The notes: generated by a model not told the origin, from the letters alone. DNA of 64,000 nt from Gammaproteobacteria bacterium (GCA_965116795.1 OZ220716.1:1450503-1514502), one strand, 5' to 3'. Counted from the first letter of the stretch, positions 39,504 through 49,604 are shown. Numbers and translations are program-made.

Positions 39504-41504
39504 ATGGACCCATTAGGTACGGCGCAAGCCATTGTAGACGTGTGTGTGTTGATTTATCAGCAAGTAGAGCTGGTTGAGGCGAATAAGCAACAATGCAAGC
39601 GTTTAGCGGAGCGCATCAAAATCATTGAAAGTGCTATCAAGGAGTTGATTGCCCGAAAACTCTCGGTCCCCGGAGAAAGTGGGCCACTATCGGGTGAGTC
39701 GCTTTCTTACGGACCGGCGTTGGCGTCTTTAGAGATGACCTTGAAAGATGCATTGGCCTTGGTCGCGCAGTTTTCGCCCCCCAAGCCAGTTGAAAAGAAA
39801 TCTAACAAGTTTTCACTCTTGTCAGGAAAAAAATGGGCGGTACGCATGATGACAGCCCGATTTGATGCGGATGATTTTGCGGATATTTATGAAAAATTGG
39901 GAGAAGATTTGAGTCAAGCCACCCTGGGGTTAAGTGTGCAACATTTATTTGACCAAGAGCAAGACCGTGAAGATAGACAGCAAGACCATAAAGCCTTGTT
40001 GGCTAATCAGGCGGCTATTTTGCAAGCCAATCAGGAATCAAAAGAAGGCATTCAGAAATTAAACATGAGTGCGGCCGAACAAAAGCAAGTCATCGAGCAA
40101 CAGCATGCGTCGATGATGCAGTGGCTGCAGGAAAAGCTCGACCCAAAATCAAAGAAAAAGGCCGATGTCTCAGAGAAATTGTTAACACCATTTCACCAAC
40201 TGGATGTAGACGGTATCCTAGCAAAAGGCTCGTTTGGGCATGTTTATCTGGGCAGATGGTTAAAGCAGGAGGTTGCCATCAAGATGTTAGAGGGCGAGTT
40301 AACCGAGGTTGAGCGCGCTGAATTTGTGCGAGAAGTTACTATCATGAAACAATTGCGCAGTGACTTTATTGTGCCACTGTATGCCGTTTGTGATGAGCCG
40401 AAACGGGCTTGTTTGGTGATGAAATACATGGCAAACGGGTCTTTGCGCTCACTGTTGGATGATAAAGGTCGTTCTTTGATACTTCAGCAAAAAGAGCAAC
40501 TGATAATGGATGCAGCTTTGGGGTTACATTACCTACATAGTCAAGGGGTCATGCATCGGGATTTTAAGAGTGACAATGTGTTGATTGATGGGGAGGGCCG
40601 TGCTCGGCTCACTGATTTTGGGTTATCAAAACGCGCAGAAGCGTCTCATGGGACTTCGATAGGTAAACAAACGTTGGATATTCAATGGATGGCTCCAGAA
40701 ATTCTGCGCTCTGGCAGTAATCGTGCCTTTACCAATGCAGCGGATGTCTACAGTTTTGGTGTGGTTGTGTGGGAGGTTTTAACTGGCAAGAAACCATATG
40801 CGGGTTTGAGCGAGTTTGAGGTGAGTAATCAGATAAAAGTGTTTGAGCATCCTCCTATTATCTCGGATGATATTCCTGCGCCATACCAACGATTGCTTCG
40901 AGCCTGCTGGCATAAGGATAGATGGTCTCGCCCGTCAATGGGGGAAGTTGTTGAGTTATTACGAGAATGCCAAACGCCGGTTGCGAAAGCAGAAACAGTG
41001 AGTCATGCCCAGCCGGCAGCCGGTGGTGTTGCGGGTGCCCAACCAGGCTTTTGGTCAGCACCGCGTTCAGGTAGCAGTGCAATGCTAGCAGAGAGTGCGC
41101 CAGCGATTGCGCCAGCAGAAGGAGAGGTATTCTATTTGGCAGCCAAGGCGTATGACCAAGAGAAGAATGATCCCAAGGTGATTGAGAATTATCAACAAGC
41201 AGCGGCATTGGGTTATGCCAAAGCCAAGACAGATTTGGGGATGTTTTACATGCAGGGGAGTAAAGGGTTGGCGCAGGATAAACAGCGTGCGCATCAGTTA
41301 TTGACAGAAGCGGCTAAGGGCGGTCATGCCAGAGGGATGCGCAGTTTAGCCTATCAGCTTGAGATGGGTGATGGAGTAAAGCAAGATATCCCGCTTGCCC
41401 GGCATTGGTATGCTGAAGCAGCGAAGTTGGGCGATGCCTTTGCAGGGCAAAAGGTGCAACAATTCAGTGCGGCGCCACCGTTACCGGCAATGGGGCATGG
41501 CTAA
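39504..41504 (+). CDS. MLKL-like N-terminal four-helix bundle + TKL-type kinase + Sel1-like repeats
   Basis: IYQQVELVEANKQQCKRLAERI (MLKL N-terminal domain-like); KGSFG, VAIK, HRDFK, DFG, WMAPE; YQQAAALG..AKTDLG.FY..G, WYAEAAKLG. Confidence 0.8.
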   Translation: MDPLGTAQAIVDVCVLIYQQVELVEANKQQCKRLAERIKIIESAIKELIARKLSVPGESGPLSGESLSYGPALASLEMTLKDALALVAQFSPPKPVEKKSNKFSLLSGKKWAVRMMTARFDADDFADIYEKLGEDLSQATLGLSVQHLFDQEQDREDRQQDHKALLANQAAILQANQESKEGIQKLNMSAAEQKQVIEQQHASMMQWLQEKLDPKSKKKADVSEKLLTPFHQLDVDGILAKGSFGHVYLGRWLKQEVAIKMLEGELTEVERAEFVREVTIMKQLRSDFIVPLYAVCDEPKRACLVMKYMANGSLRSLLDDKGRSLILQQKEQLIMDAALGLHYLHSQGVMHRDFKSDNVLIDGEGRARLTDFGLSKRAEASHGTSIGKQTLDIQWMAPEILRSGSNRAFTNAADVYSFGVVVWEVLTGKKPYAGLSEFEVSNQIKVFEHPPIISDDIPAPYQRLLRACWHKDRWSRPSMGEVVELLRECQTPVAKAETVSHAQPAAGGVAGAQPGFWSAPRSGSSAMLAESAPAIAPAEGEVFYLAAKAYDQEKNDPKVIENYQQAAALGYAKAKTDLGMFYMQGSKGLAQDKQRAHQLLTEAAKGGHARGMRSLAYQLEMGDGVKQDIPLARHWYAEAAKLGDAFAGQKVQQFSAAPPLPAMGHG

Positions 41505-41781
41505 AGCGGCGGCATTTGTATTGTTACTGGATTGAAACGTGTTGCCTCATGAAGGAGGCTTCACTTCACATTGAGAAAGCGGTGATGTTTAGGCAAATGC
41601 AGAAAGAGTGTGTTAGTGATAAGCCAGTACATTGTGTGTTGATAGCAGGCAAGCATACCGTAGTTGAATTTTCCTCCATGCTTTTCAATATTGCTCTGCC
41701 TCTGAGATTTAGTGAGTCCTTCTCTCGCATTATGGCGGTATGTTGGGTATAATTGGGTCAATTGTGACAAGAGGGGTTTCA

Positions 41782-42531
41782 ATGACAACACGCTATTTGA
41801 ATCCGAAAAATGACTTGATTTTAAAAAAAATCTTTGGGCAACACCCTAATATTTTAAAGAGTTTTTTAAACGCCATCCTCCCTTTGCCAGCAGGGCGTGA
41901 CATTATCGAGCTGGAGTATTTGCCAGCAGAGCAAGTCCCGGTTATTCCAGCCTTCAAAAACACGATAGCCGATGTAAAGTGTAAAGACCAGGCAGGCAAT
42001 ATCTTCATCGTACAAATGCAAATCGAGTGGACGGCAAGTTTTGCTAAATGCTTGCTGTATGATGTCAGTCGCTCTTATATTCAACCACGTCGGGAAGACT
42101 CATATAAGGCGCTTAATCGTGTCTTGGGTGTTGGGTTAATCGATGGTGTGTTTGATGAGAGTACAGAAGAATTTTGTCACCACTACCAGTTTGGGTGTAA
42201 CACAAATACATCCAAAATCTTTGATGATGTGCAGTTATTATTTATTGAACTACCGAAGTTCAAACCACAGTTGTTGACTGGCAAAAAGATGCAGGCACTG
42301 TGGTTGCGGTTTATGTCAGAACTTAATGAAGAAATCAAGGAAGTCCCTCAGGAGTGGTTAGAAGTGCCCGAAATTCAAGAAGCGTTGAGATTGGCTCAGG
42401 AGACGGCCTACACGCCAGAAGAACTAGATTCATATAATACCTGTCGGAGTGCGGTGCCACAGGACTATAAAAGTGGATTGTTCTTACAAATTCGAAGCAG
42501 AGAACCACTCGAGATTTGCATGCCTGTCTGA
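41782..42531 (+). CDS. Rpn-family PD-(D/E)XK nuclease-like protein, possibly degenerate
   Basis: YLNPKND...KKIFG, SFLNAIL, IADV, FIELPKF; usual ExQ motif reads QMQ. Confidence 0.85.
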   Translation: MTTRYLNPKNDLILKKIFGQHPNILKSFLNAILPLPAGRDIIELEYLPAEQVPVIPAFKNTIADVKCKDQAGNIFIVQMQIEWTASFAKCLLYDVSRSYIQPRREDSYKALNRVLGVGLIDGVFDESTEEFCHHYQFGCNTNTSKIFDDVQLLFIELPKFKPQLLTGKKMQALWLRFMSELNEEIKEVPQEWLEVPEIQEALRLAQETAYTPEELDSYNTCRSAVPQDYKSGLFLQIRSREPLEICMPV

Positions 42532-42603
42532 TGTAAGAGGGCTTTTAAAATAGGAAAGAGTTAATATGATTTTGAATTTAGGTAAGTGTTAAGGAGCTTT
42601 TTT

Positions 42604-42894
42604 ATGAGACCTTCTACAGTGTTTGATTTACACCGAGCAGAAATTAGAACTATTGTTGAGCAACACCATGCTAGAAATGCACGGGTTTTTGGTTCTGTTA
42701 TTTCAGGTAAAGATACGGAGTCGAGTGATTTAGATTTGCTAGTTGATACAACCCAAGAAACAACCTTGTTTGATATTGCTGAAATCCAAAATCAGTTGCA
42801 GAAATTACTAAATGTCCCCGTTGATGTATTGACACCTAATGGTTTGCCCAAACAATACCGAGCACGGGTTTTACAGGAAGCAACGCCAGTATGA
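42604..42894 (+). CDS. mntA: MNT nucleotidyltransferase antitoxin
   Basis: FGSVISGKDTESSDLD (GSx10DxD); VDV. Confidence 0.88.
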   Translation: MRPSTVFDLHRAEIRTIVEQHHARNARVFGSVISGKDTESSDLDLLVDTTQETTLFDIAEIQNQLQKLLNVPVDVLTPNGLPKQYRARVLQEATPV

Positions 42895-43259
42895 GCAAAA
42901 CTGATGCTATTCGTATTCCTGGTTATTTAGGTCACATTTTGGAGGCGCTCAATCGTATTTTCAAATACATCGATGATATTGATGAGATTAGTTTTTTACA
43001 AAACACTTTAGCGCAAGATGCCGTAGTACGTAATCTTGAGGTGATAGGTGAGGCATCTCAAAACCTGAGTCGTTATCATCAAGAGTTTGTTGCTGCACAT
43101 TCAGATGTGCCATGGGAAAAAATGTATTGGATGCGAAATCGCCTTGCTCATGGTTATTTTACTGTTGATTTTGAAATTGTTTGGCGAACGCTTGTAAATG
43201 ACTTGCCTGAGTTAAAACAGCAGATACAAGCAATTTATGACAAATTTGCCTGTGGATAA
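42891..43259 (+). CDS. hepT: HEPN/DUF86 RNase toxin
   Basis: DAVVRNLEVIGEA, RNRLAHGY (Rx4H); ATGA overlap with the MNT gene. Confidence 0.88.
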   Translation: MSKTDAIRIPGYLGHILEALNRIFKYIDDIDEISFLQNTLAQDAVVRNLEVIGEASQNLSRYHQEFVAAHSDVPWEKMYWMRNRLAHGYFTVDFEIVWRTLVNDLPELKQQIQAIYDKFACG

Positions 43260-43339
43260 CTTTATGTGATTGCAAAAAAGTCGTGATAAATCTTTATAAA
43301 ATCATAGTATTATGAAAAAGGCATTTTTAGCAGATTTAG

Positions 43340-43366
43340 GGTGCACTACTTTCTATGGCACGCACC
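43340..43366 (+). repeat. Recurrent palindromic site, copy A
   Basis: GGTGCACTACTTTCTATGGCACGCACC, preceded by GCATTTTTAGCA. Confidence 0.8.
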
Positions 43367-43856
43367 ACCTTATATCGTTGAATTTGTAGTAAACAATTTT
43401 ATCGTTTATAATGTCTGCAGCTTCAAAGCGTTGTGTGCGAAGTACGGGACTGTGGGTTGATGAATATCAGTGATTTTCTCAGATTTATTACGCCGAAAAT
43501 CGCTATTCCTCTGAAAAATGTGAGGTTCAGCAGTTTGCTGGTAGTCATGGAGTGCTACGGAAGTTCTGTTATAATTCACGCTTTATGGTTAAGGAGTATG
43601 TGATGACAGTAGCCATATTTATGGCCTGCTGTATCAAGCCTGACAGACCACATCATTGGCCAAGTTTAAAGTAACCGGAGTGCACAGCCAACGCCATGGA
43701 AAAAAGACTGGTTTTGTCCTTTGAGCTAATAAAGGTTTGGTTGAGAATTTCAATTTTTAGGATTTCTCGGAATGAAAAATAGTTAGTTCATGTTAATTGA
43801 TTAATGTTAGGGTTATTGAGTAGTAGTTACAAATGAAAGAGTAACTGTAGATTTAA

Positions 43857-44841
43857 ATGCGAATTAAGAGCCAAGATTTAAACAAAGCCAATCCAATCGT
43901 ATAATTTGAATTCTTTTAATCGCCAAATTAAGGAGAATTCATCATGGATTGGCAGGAACAATTAATATCATTATATTTATTCGTATGCAATGAGTACGAC
44001 TTGGGATTACACGTTTACTGTGAACGATTTACAAATCATGCTGACCTAAGCTTTTCAGACGCAGAAGTGATCACGCTGTATCTTTTTGGCGTAATCCAAA
44101 GGCATAAACAAGTGAAAGAGATTTACCGTTATACATTCAACCATTTGCGTGACTGGTTTCCCAAATTACCCAGCACGTACACGGCCTTTGTACAAAGATT
44201 AAATCGAGTAGCTGGTGTATTTGCACCACTGGTAGCAGTGCTTTTAGAGCATTATTCGGAACGATTTGCGGCAAAGAATAACTCATTATTAATCGACTCA
44301 ATGCCCATTATCATGGCGCATCGTGGTAGACGATTTAAGGCGAAAGTGGCTCCTGAGATTGCAACAAACAATGGTTATTGTGCAACGAAAAAACTGCATT
44401 ATTATGGTGTCAAACTGCATGTATTGGCACGTCGCAAACCTGGCGAACTTCCATTGCCAGATTACATTGGTCTGACTGACGCAGGCATGCATGATAATAA
44501 AGGGTTTGAACTGATTGCACCTGAATTACAGGACGATAATGTGTATGGTGATAAAGCCTATAACGATTGTTTTGTTGTTGAAGAGAAAAACTTTACGCTT
44601 TATACACCCGTTAAAAAAGAAAAAGGACAAACTGTTTTAGACACGGCCGATCAATGGTTATCAACGGCTATTTCAAGTGTACGACAACCTATTGAATCAT
44701 TCTTCAATTGGATTGAAGATAAAACCGGTATTCAAATCGCATCAAAAGTCCGATCGTTCAACGGATTAATGGTGCATGTGTTTGGAAAACTCACTGCCGC
44801 GTTATGCATCAAGTGTGCAATCGTTGGCTCTTAATTGGCAT
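43857..44841 (+). mobile_element. IS982-family element
   Basis: IRs ATGCGAATTAAGAGCCAA / TTGGCTCTTAATTGGCAT; TTAA on both sides. Confidence 0.88.
43944..44834 (+). CDS. IS982 transposase
   Basis: FSDAEVIT, IDSMP, YYGVKLH, YGDKAY, RQPIES.F. Confidence 0.92.
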   Translation: MDWQEQLISLYLFVCNEYDLGLHVYCERFTNHADLSFSDAEVITLYLFGVIQRHKQVKEIYRYTFNHLRDWFPKLPSTYTAFVQRLNRVAGVFAPLVAVLLEHYSERFAAKNNSLLIDSMPIIMAHRGRRFKAKVAPEIATNNGYCATKKLHYYGVKLHVLARRKPGELPLPDYIGLTDAGMHDNKGFELIAPELQDDNVYGDKAYNDCFVVEEKNFTLYTPVKKEKGQTVLDTADQWLSTAISSVRQPIESFFNWIEDKTGIQIASKVRSFNGLMVHVFGKLTAALCIKCAIVGS

Positions 44842-44869
44842 TTAAGTAAATAAGTATAGGAGCGATGTT

Positions 44870-46489
44870 ATGTTTGGTGACAAAGAAAAAAAAGAATTTT
44901 TAAACGCTGTTCGGAATGAAGAAGTAATGACAGTTGTTAATATGTTGGAGAAGACGTTAGCTGAGGCACTACATATAGCTGCCGAGACAGGCCATGAGCG
45001 AATGGTTGAATTGCTCCTTGAAAAAGGCGCTGTTATTGATGCAAAGGATAGAGATGGGCGTACAGCGCTACATATTGCTGGTAAGAGAGGTCATGAGCGA
45101 GTGGTTGAATTGCTCCTTGAAAAAGGCGCTGTTATTGATGCACAGGGTGGAGATGAGCATATAGCGCTACATATTGCTGCTGCGAGAGGTCATGAGCAAG
45201 TGGTCAGGTTACTGCTTGAAAAAGGCGCTGATATTAATGCAACGGATAGATATGGATATACAGCGCTAGATATAGCTGTTGAGAAAGGCGATGAGCAAGT
45301 GGTCAGGTTACTGCTTGAAAAAGGCGCTATTAATGCAAAGGATGGATGTGGAGATGGAGTGCTACGTATAGCTGCCGAGATGGACCATAAGCGAGTGGTT
45401 GAATTGCTCCTTGAAAAAGGCGCTGTTATTGATGCAAAGGATAGAAATGGGGGTACAGCGCTACATATTGCTGCTAAGAGAGGTCATGAGCAAGTGGTTG
45501 AATTGCTTCTTGAAAAAGGCGCTGATGTTAATGCAGAGGATAAAGATGGATATACAGCGCTATATATAGCTGTTGAGAAAGGCAATGAGCAACTCGTCAG
45601 TTTACTTCTTGAAAAAGGCGCTGATGCTAATTGTGTACAGAAGGATAGAGAAAGATATACAGCGTTAGATATAGCTACTAAGAACGGCCATAAGCAAGTC
45701 GTCAGCTTGCTTCTTGAAAAAGGCGCTGATGTTAATAGTATACAGAATAGCTTTAAATTTACAGCGCTACATATAGCTGCTGAGCAAGGCGATGAGCAAC
45801 TCGTCAGGTTGCTGCTTGGAAAAGAGGCTGATGTTAATATAAAGGATATTCATGGAGAAACAGCGCTACATAAAGCTGTTTGGAGAGAATATAATCAAAT
45901 AGTTTACTTGCTACTACTTGAAAAAGACATTGATACTGATGTACAGGATGAAGGTAAGCAGACTCCATTAGAAAGAGCGAAGAGTATGCGTAACGAAGAG
46001 ATGATAAAAATGTTGGAGCAGCCTATCCTAAGTTTTGGAGGTAGGGTTAAAGCGGTAAAAAGGGCAGAATTGCAGGGAGAAGGAGCTCCTGAGCTTGAAA
46101 AGGATTGTCAAGAGATTTCCAGTTTGCCTGACAGTAGGAGCCTTACTGATGACAGAGAATTGGGTTTGTCAGCTTCAAAGTCTGAAGCAGACATGAAAGA
46201 AGAAGCGTCAGCATCAGATGAAGAAAGTGAGCAAGCAGGCATGGATGGCGGTGATTCTGGAGCTGGAAATGCCCCCTCTCAATTTAATACTGGCTCAGCA
46301 GATGATGTTCGCTTCTCTCTTCAGCAAAGTATATTTGCTCAGGGCCCTTGCCCTTCTGTATCACCAAAACAACAACCTAAGTCAGCAAACGATTTAGCAC
46401 CTGCTGGTGATTCAGATGTTAATCCTGATGACATAAGCAACGCGGAACATGGAGAAGAAAATCTATTGCCAGCATTTGGTGGGAAGTGA
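44870..46489 (+). CDS. Ankyrin-repeat protein (about 10 repeats) with acidic disordered tail
   Basis: TALHIAA..GHE.VV.LLLEKGA repeats. Confidence 0.92.
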   Translation: MFGDKEKKEFLNAVRNEEVMTVVNMLEKTLAEALHIAAETGHERMVELLLEKGAVIDAKDRDGRTALHIAGKRGHERVVELLLEKGAVIDAQGGDEHIALHIAAARGHEQVVRLLLEKGADINATDRYGYTALDIAVEKGDEQVVRLLLEKGAINAKDGCGDGVLRIAAEMDHKRVVELLLEKGAVIDAKDRNGGTALHIAAKRGHEQVVELLLEKGADVNAEDKDGYTALYIAVEKGNEQLVSLLLEKGADANCVQKDRERYTALDIATKNGHKQVVSLLLEKGADVNSIQNSFKFTALHIAAEQGDEQLVRLLLGKEADVNIKDIHGETALHKAVWREYNQIVYLLLLEKDIDTDVQDEGKQTPLERAKSMRNEEMIKMLEQPILSFGGRVKAVKRAELQGEGAPELEKDCQEISSLPDSRSLTDDRELGLSASKSEADMKEEASASDEESEQAGMDGGDSGAGNAPSQFNTGSADDVRFSLQQSIFAQGPCPSVSPKQQPKSANDLAPAGDSDVNPDDISNAEHGEENLLPAFGGK

Positions 46490-46620
46490 CGGTATCAGAT
46501 GATGGGATAATGTTGATGTTATCATTATCCGCGCAGTTGGGGTGAGCGTCAAAGAGGAATTAACATAAATCAACTAGAAAATAAGCGTGTTATGTGCGGC
46601 GTGCATTTTAGCAAAAAGTG

Positions 46621-46647
46621 GGTGCACCACTGTCTATGGCACGCACC
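46621..46647 (+). repeat. Recurrent palindromic site, copy B
   Basis: GGTGCACCACTGTCTATGGCACGCACC, preceded by GTGCATTTTAGCAAAAA. Confidence 0.8.
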
Positions 46648-46926
46648 ATCGACAATAACCTGCCCATATCTCTTGGTATCCATTGATTTTCTAAAAAAAT
46701 ATTATTAGAATAGCAGGCTAAGATTTAGTGAGGTTGCTAGAGTAAACAAATTTAGATAATGGTTCAAATTTATTGATATTATACGATACTTTAGTGTCAC
46801 ATTGTTTATTTTTGCAAGTTGAAAACCGGAAAACTATTTATTAACAGTTTTAAGTCAGTACTAACTGTTTGAGTGTTTTATACTTTGCACTGTTGTTCAA
46901 TTACCATAAAAATAGAGGAGTAGTAT

Positions 46927-47967
46927 ATGTTTAGCAAAGAGATCAGTGAAGAAAAGAAAACGGAATTCTTAGAGGCTGCCGAAAAAGGTAATGCTGAAAA
47001 ACTATCTGAACTGTTAAGCCAAAATCCCTCATTGGCGCAAGCAAAGCAAGATAACGGACTTACAGCAATGCATCTGGGTGCTCAGGGAGGCTACTTGGAT
47101 GTTGTAAAACTGTTGGCAGGGCATATTGATTTCAATCAGAAAGACGATGGTGGCTTTACTCCACTATGTTGGGCTCTCTGGAATGAGTTTTATAATATTG
47201 TGGAATTTCTACTTGCCCAAGAAGAAGTTGATATTAGTTCAGTTAGTTGTACTGACGACGATTCGCCATTGCTGATGCCTATTGGGAGTGGAGAGCTTGA
47301 AATTACGAAACTGTTAGTTAGTAAGGGTATTTCTATTGGTGGCGAAATATTCCATTGTGCCATCGTTTCAGAAAATGAAGAAATTACAAAGGTGCTGCTT
47401 GAGAACTGCGCTGATGTTAATGCACAGGATGAAGATGGAGATACAGTGCTACATATTGCTGTTAGGGAAAACAAAATTTCGATATTAGAATTGTTAATTC
47501 AAAAGAAAGACCTTAATCCTCGTTTAAAAAATAAAGATGGGCAGACTCCATTATTGTTAGCACAGAAGCTGTATAAAGAAGATTCAACACCACAACGAGA
47601 GAAAATTTTAGAAATATTGCAAAACCCTGCTCTGCTTCCTGGAAGTAGAATTAAGAGAGCACAGACTCTAAAAAGGAATAGGGATAATGGTGCAACAGGA
47701 GCATGTCCAGAAGACCTCTCTTTTAAAAAGAGTTGCCAAGGAATTTCCAGTTTGTCTGACAGTTCAAACCTTACTGATAACCCGGAACTTAGTTTGTCAA
47801 CCAGCTCATCGACTTTACTTGAGCAATTTAGTGGCATTATTCATCAACAGGGGCAAGGGTCTGAGACTTCACCCGCTCAAGAAGAGCAAATGAGTGAAGC
47901 GCAGGGAAAAGAGGAGGAAAGTGGTAACGAAGAAGAGAAGGGGCCACACCTAGCTGAGTTCTCCTAA
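46927..47967 (+). CDS. Ankyrin-repeat protein with Glu-rich C-terminus
   Basis: GLTAMHLGA, GFTPLCWA, GDTVLHIAV, GQTPL; tail segment homologous to 44870-46489. Confidence 0.9.
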   Translation: MFSKEISEEKKTEFLEAAEKGNAEKLSELLSQNPSLAQAKQDNGLTAMHLGAQGGYLDVVKLLAGHIDFNQKDDGGFTPLCWALWNEFYNIVEFLLAQEEVDISSVSCTDDDSPLLMPIGSGELEITKLLVSKGISIGGEIFHCAIVSENEEITKVLLENCADVNAQDEDGDTVLHIAVRENKISILELLIQKKDLNPRLKNKDGQTPLLLAQKLYKEDSTPQREKILEILQNPALLPGSRIKRAQTLKRNRDNGATGACPEDLSFKKSCQGISSLSDSSNLTDNPELSLSTSSSTLLEQFSGIIHQQGQGSETSPAQEEQMSEAQGKEEESGNEEEKGPHLAEFS

Positions 47968-48029
47968 CGTATATTGCGCAAGTATTGAGCTTGCTGATTG
48001 CTACAATGTTTGAAGAATACCATAGTTTT

Positions 48030-49362
48030 CTTTAGAAAATTATCGGGTTAGCTTAGGTGTGCATTTTAGCAAAAACAAGGTGCGCGCCACGAAGCGCTGT
48101 ATTACTAGCGGTTGAAAGTACCGCCGGTGAAGTAGAGCCCACTACACACCGTACTGAGTCTTGGGCGAGCTGTGGTAACACAGTTGGTTAAGCGTAGATA
48201 GGGAGATATTAGGCCGTAGGCGAAAGCCGAAGTGATTGAGCCTCGAAAATTTGCTTGTCGGAGTGGTCGATGGTTTGCCTTAGCCAGAAGACAACACCAC
48301 GCATGACGAAATGGGAAGCCATGCGTAGCACTCCCGGGGTCCGAGAGCATGGCATGATATTAAAGTAATACAGTGAACGTGGGAGGTCCTGATTATTCGC
48401 AAAGGAAAGCGTATTAGACAACAAGCTTAACAGCAAGGCGTCTGAAAAGATAATCAGGAAGTCAGAGGAGGCATAGTATTGAAGAAGATGGGTAATGCCA
48501 TTGGAGAGAAGGCCTCCAGGCAAGCAACACCTCGAGAGGGACACGTGATGAGAACAACAGATTCTCAACTAACAACGGCAACGCAACTTGAGAGGATAGC
48601 TTGGTTGTCCGCGCAAGATAAGGTAAAGATATTTAGGTGTTTAATGCACCATGTCGATGCTGAGTCCTTGCGGGCATGTTACTCCCTGTTGGATGGAAGA
48701 AAGCAACAGGAGTAGATGGGATGACAAAGGAGCAATATGATAAATGAGTTTATCATCTACTTTTTTTTGAAGTTCACAATCAGTGAAACGGAGTTTGTCG
48801 TGAGCCCATTGCCTTAATAGGGCACGATGTGGTTCTAACGAGGAGCCGGGGCACAAGTGAACTAAGAGCAAGATAATGTGACACCATCATAGGAAACCAG
48901 ATGGAAACAGTGAAAACGAACTTTGCTCTAAGGTACGCGAGGAACCGGCTTACTCACTGCACTACTTTCTATGGCACGCCATTCACCTATCGCTAAACTT
49001 GCTATTACGATTTTCAACACCCCGAAAAAGCCCAGAGATACTGGGGTTTTTGCCGAAAATCGTGGTACACGGGGCCTTAAAATTGAGGTGATTTTTCGGG
49101 GGTTTTTTCGCTAAAAAGGCTAAATCGCTAAAAGCATGGTACTTTAGCGAATGGAGTACCGCGCTCTAATGCTCTGATACTGTAGTCTTTTAGCGCGGTA
49201 CACGTTTTACTTGCCTATGGCACCCATAGACAGTAGTGCACCCTGGAGTACCGAAGTTGTTAATCGTTTGAATTAGTAGGGAAAATAGAAAATCCCTGGT
49301 TATTTATTTTCTTAAATTGTGTTTTTTTAGTGGTAGACGATTTGCTCAGATAATAAGTAACA
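48030..49362 (+). repeat. About 450-bp non-coding repeat, copy 1 (interrupted by the intron); contains site C and an inverted site at 49225-49243
   Basis: Co-linear with 55920-56371; multiple GCTAAA/TTTAGC and GGTAC motifs. Confidence 0.8.
48082..48958 (+). mobile_element. Group II intron, RT-deleted, copy 2
   Basis: Same sequence as 33168-34044 (offset 14914). Removal restores AAGGT|GCACTACTTTCTATGGCACGCC. Confidence 0.88.
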
Positions 49363-49604
49363 CTTAACACCTTTTAGCCTTGCCATAGGGAATTGCACTT
49401 AAACTGGTGTAGGCATTTCTACAGCGATTTCTGATTGCTGAGCACTGTTAGTGTGCGCTTTGCTATTTTCTTGATTATCGAATTTAGCACGTTTTTGAGG
49501 CCGAGGTTTTGAAAGTAATCCGTGTGATGATACATCTTCTTCCTTAATCTGGCCAGCTTGATGTGGCTCTTCACCACAAGAACTTGCTGACGTTGATGTA
49601 CCCG

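Noticed and set aside
43251-43259. DnaA box TGTGGATAA
   Set aside because: Single copy overlapping the hepT stop codon; no origin context.
43340-43366. Site as chromosomal dif, integron attC or a tRNA 3' end
   Set aside because: No XerD arm (TTATGTTAAAT), no RYYYAAC/GTTRRRY boxes, no tRNA body next to TGGCACGC.
48959-49243. Inverted GTGCACTAC sites as the ends of a simple MITE
   Set aside because: No target duplication; homology between copies continues beyond both sites; solo copies exist.
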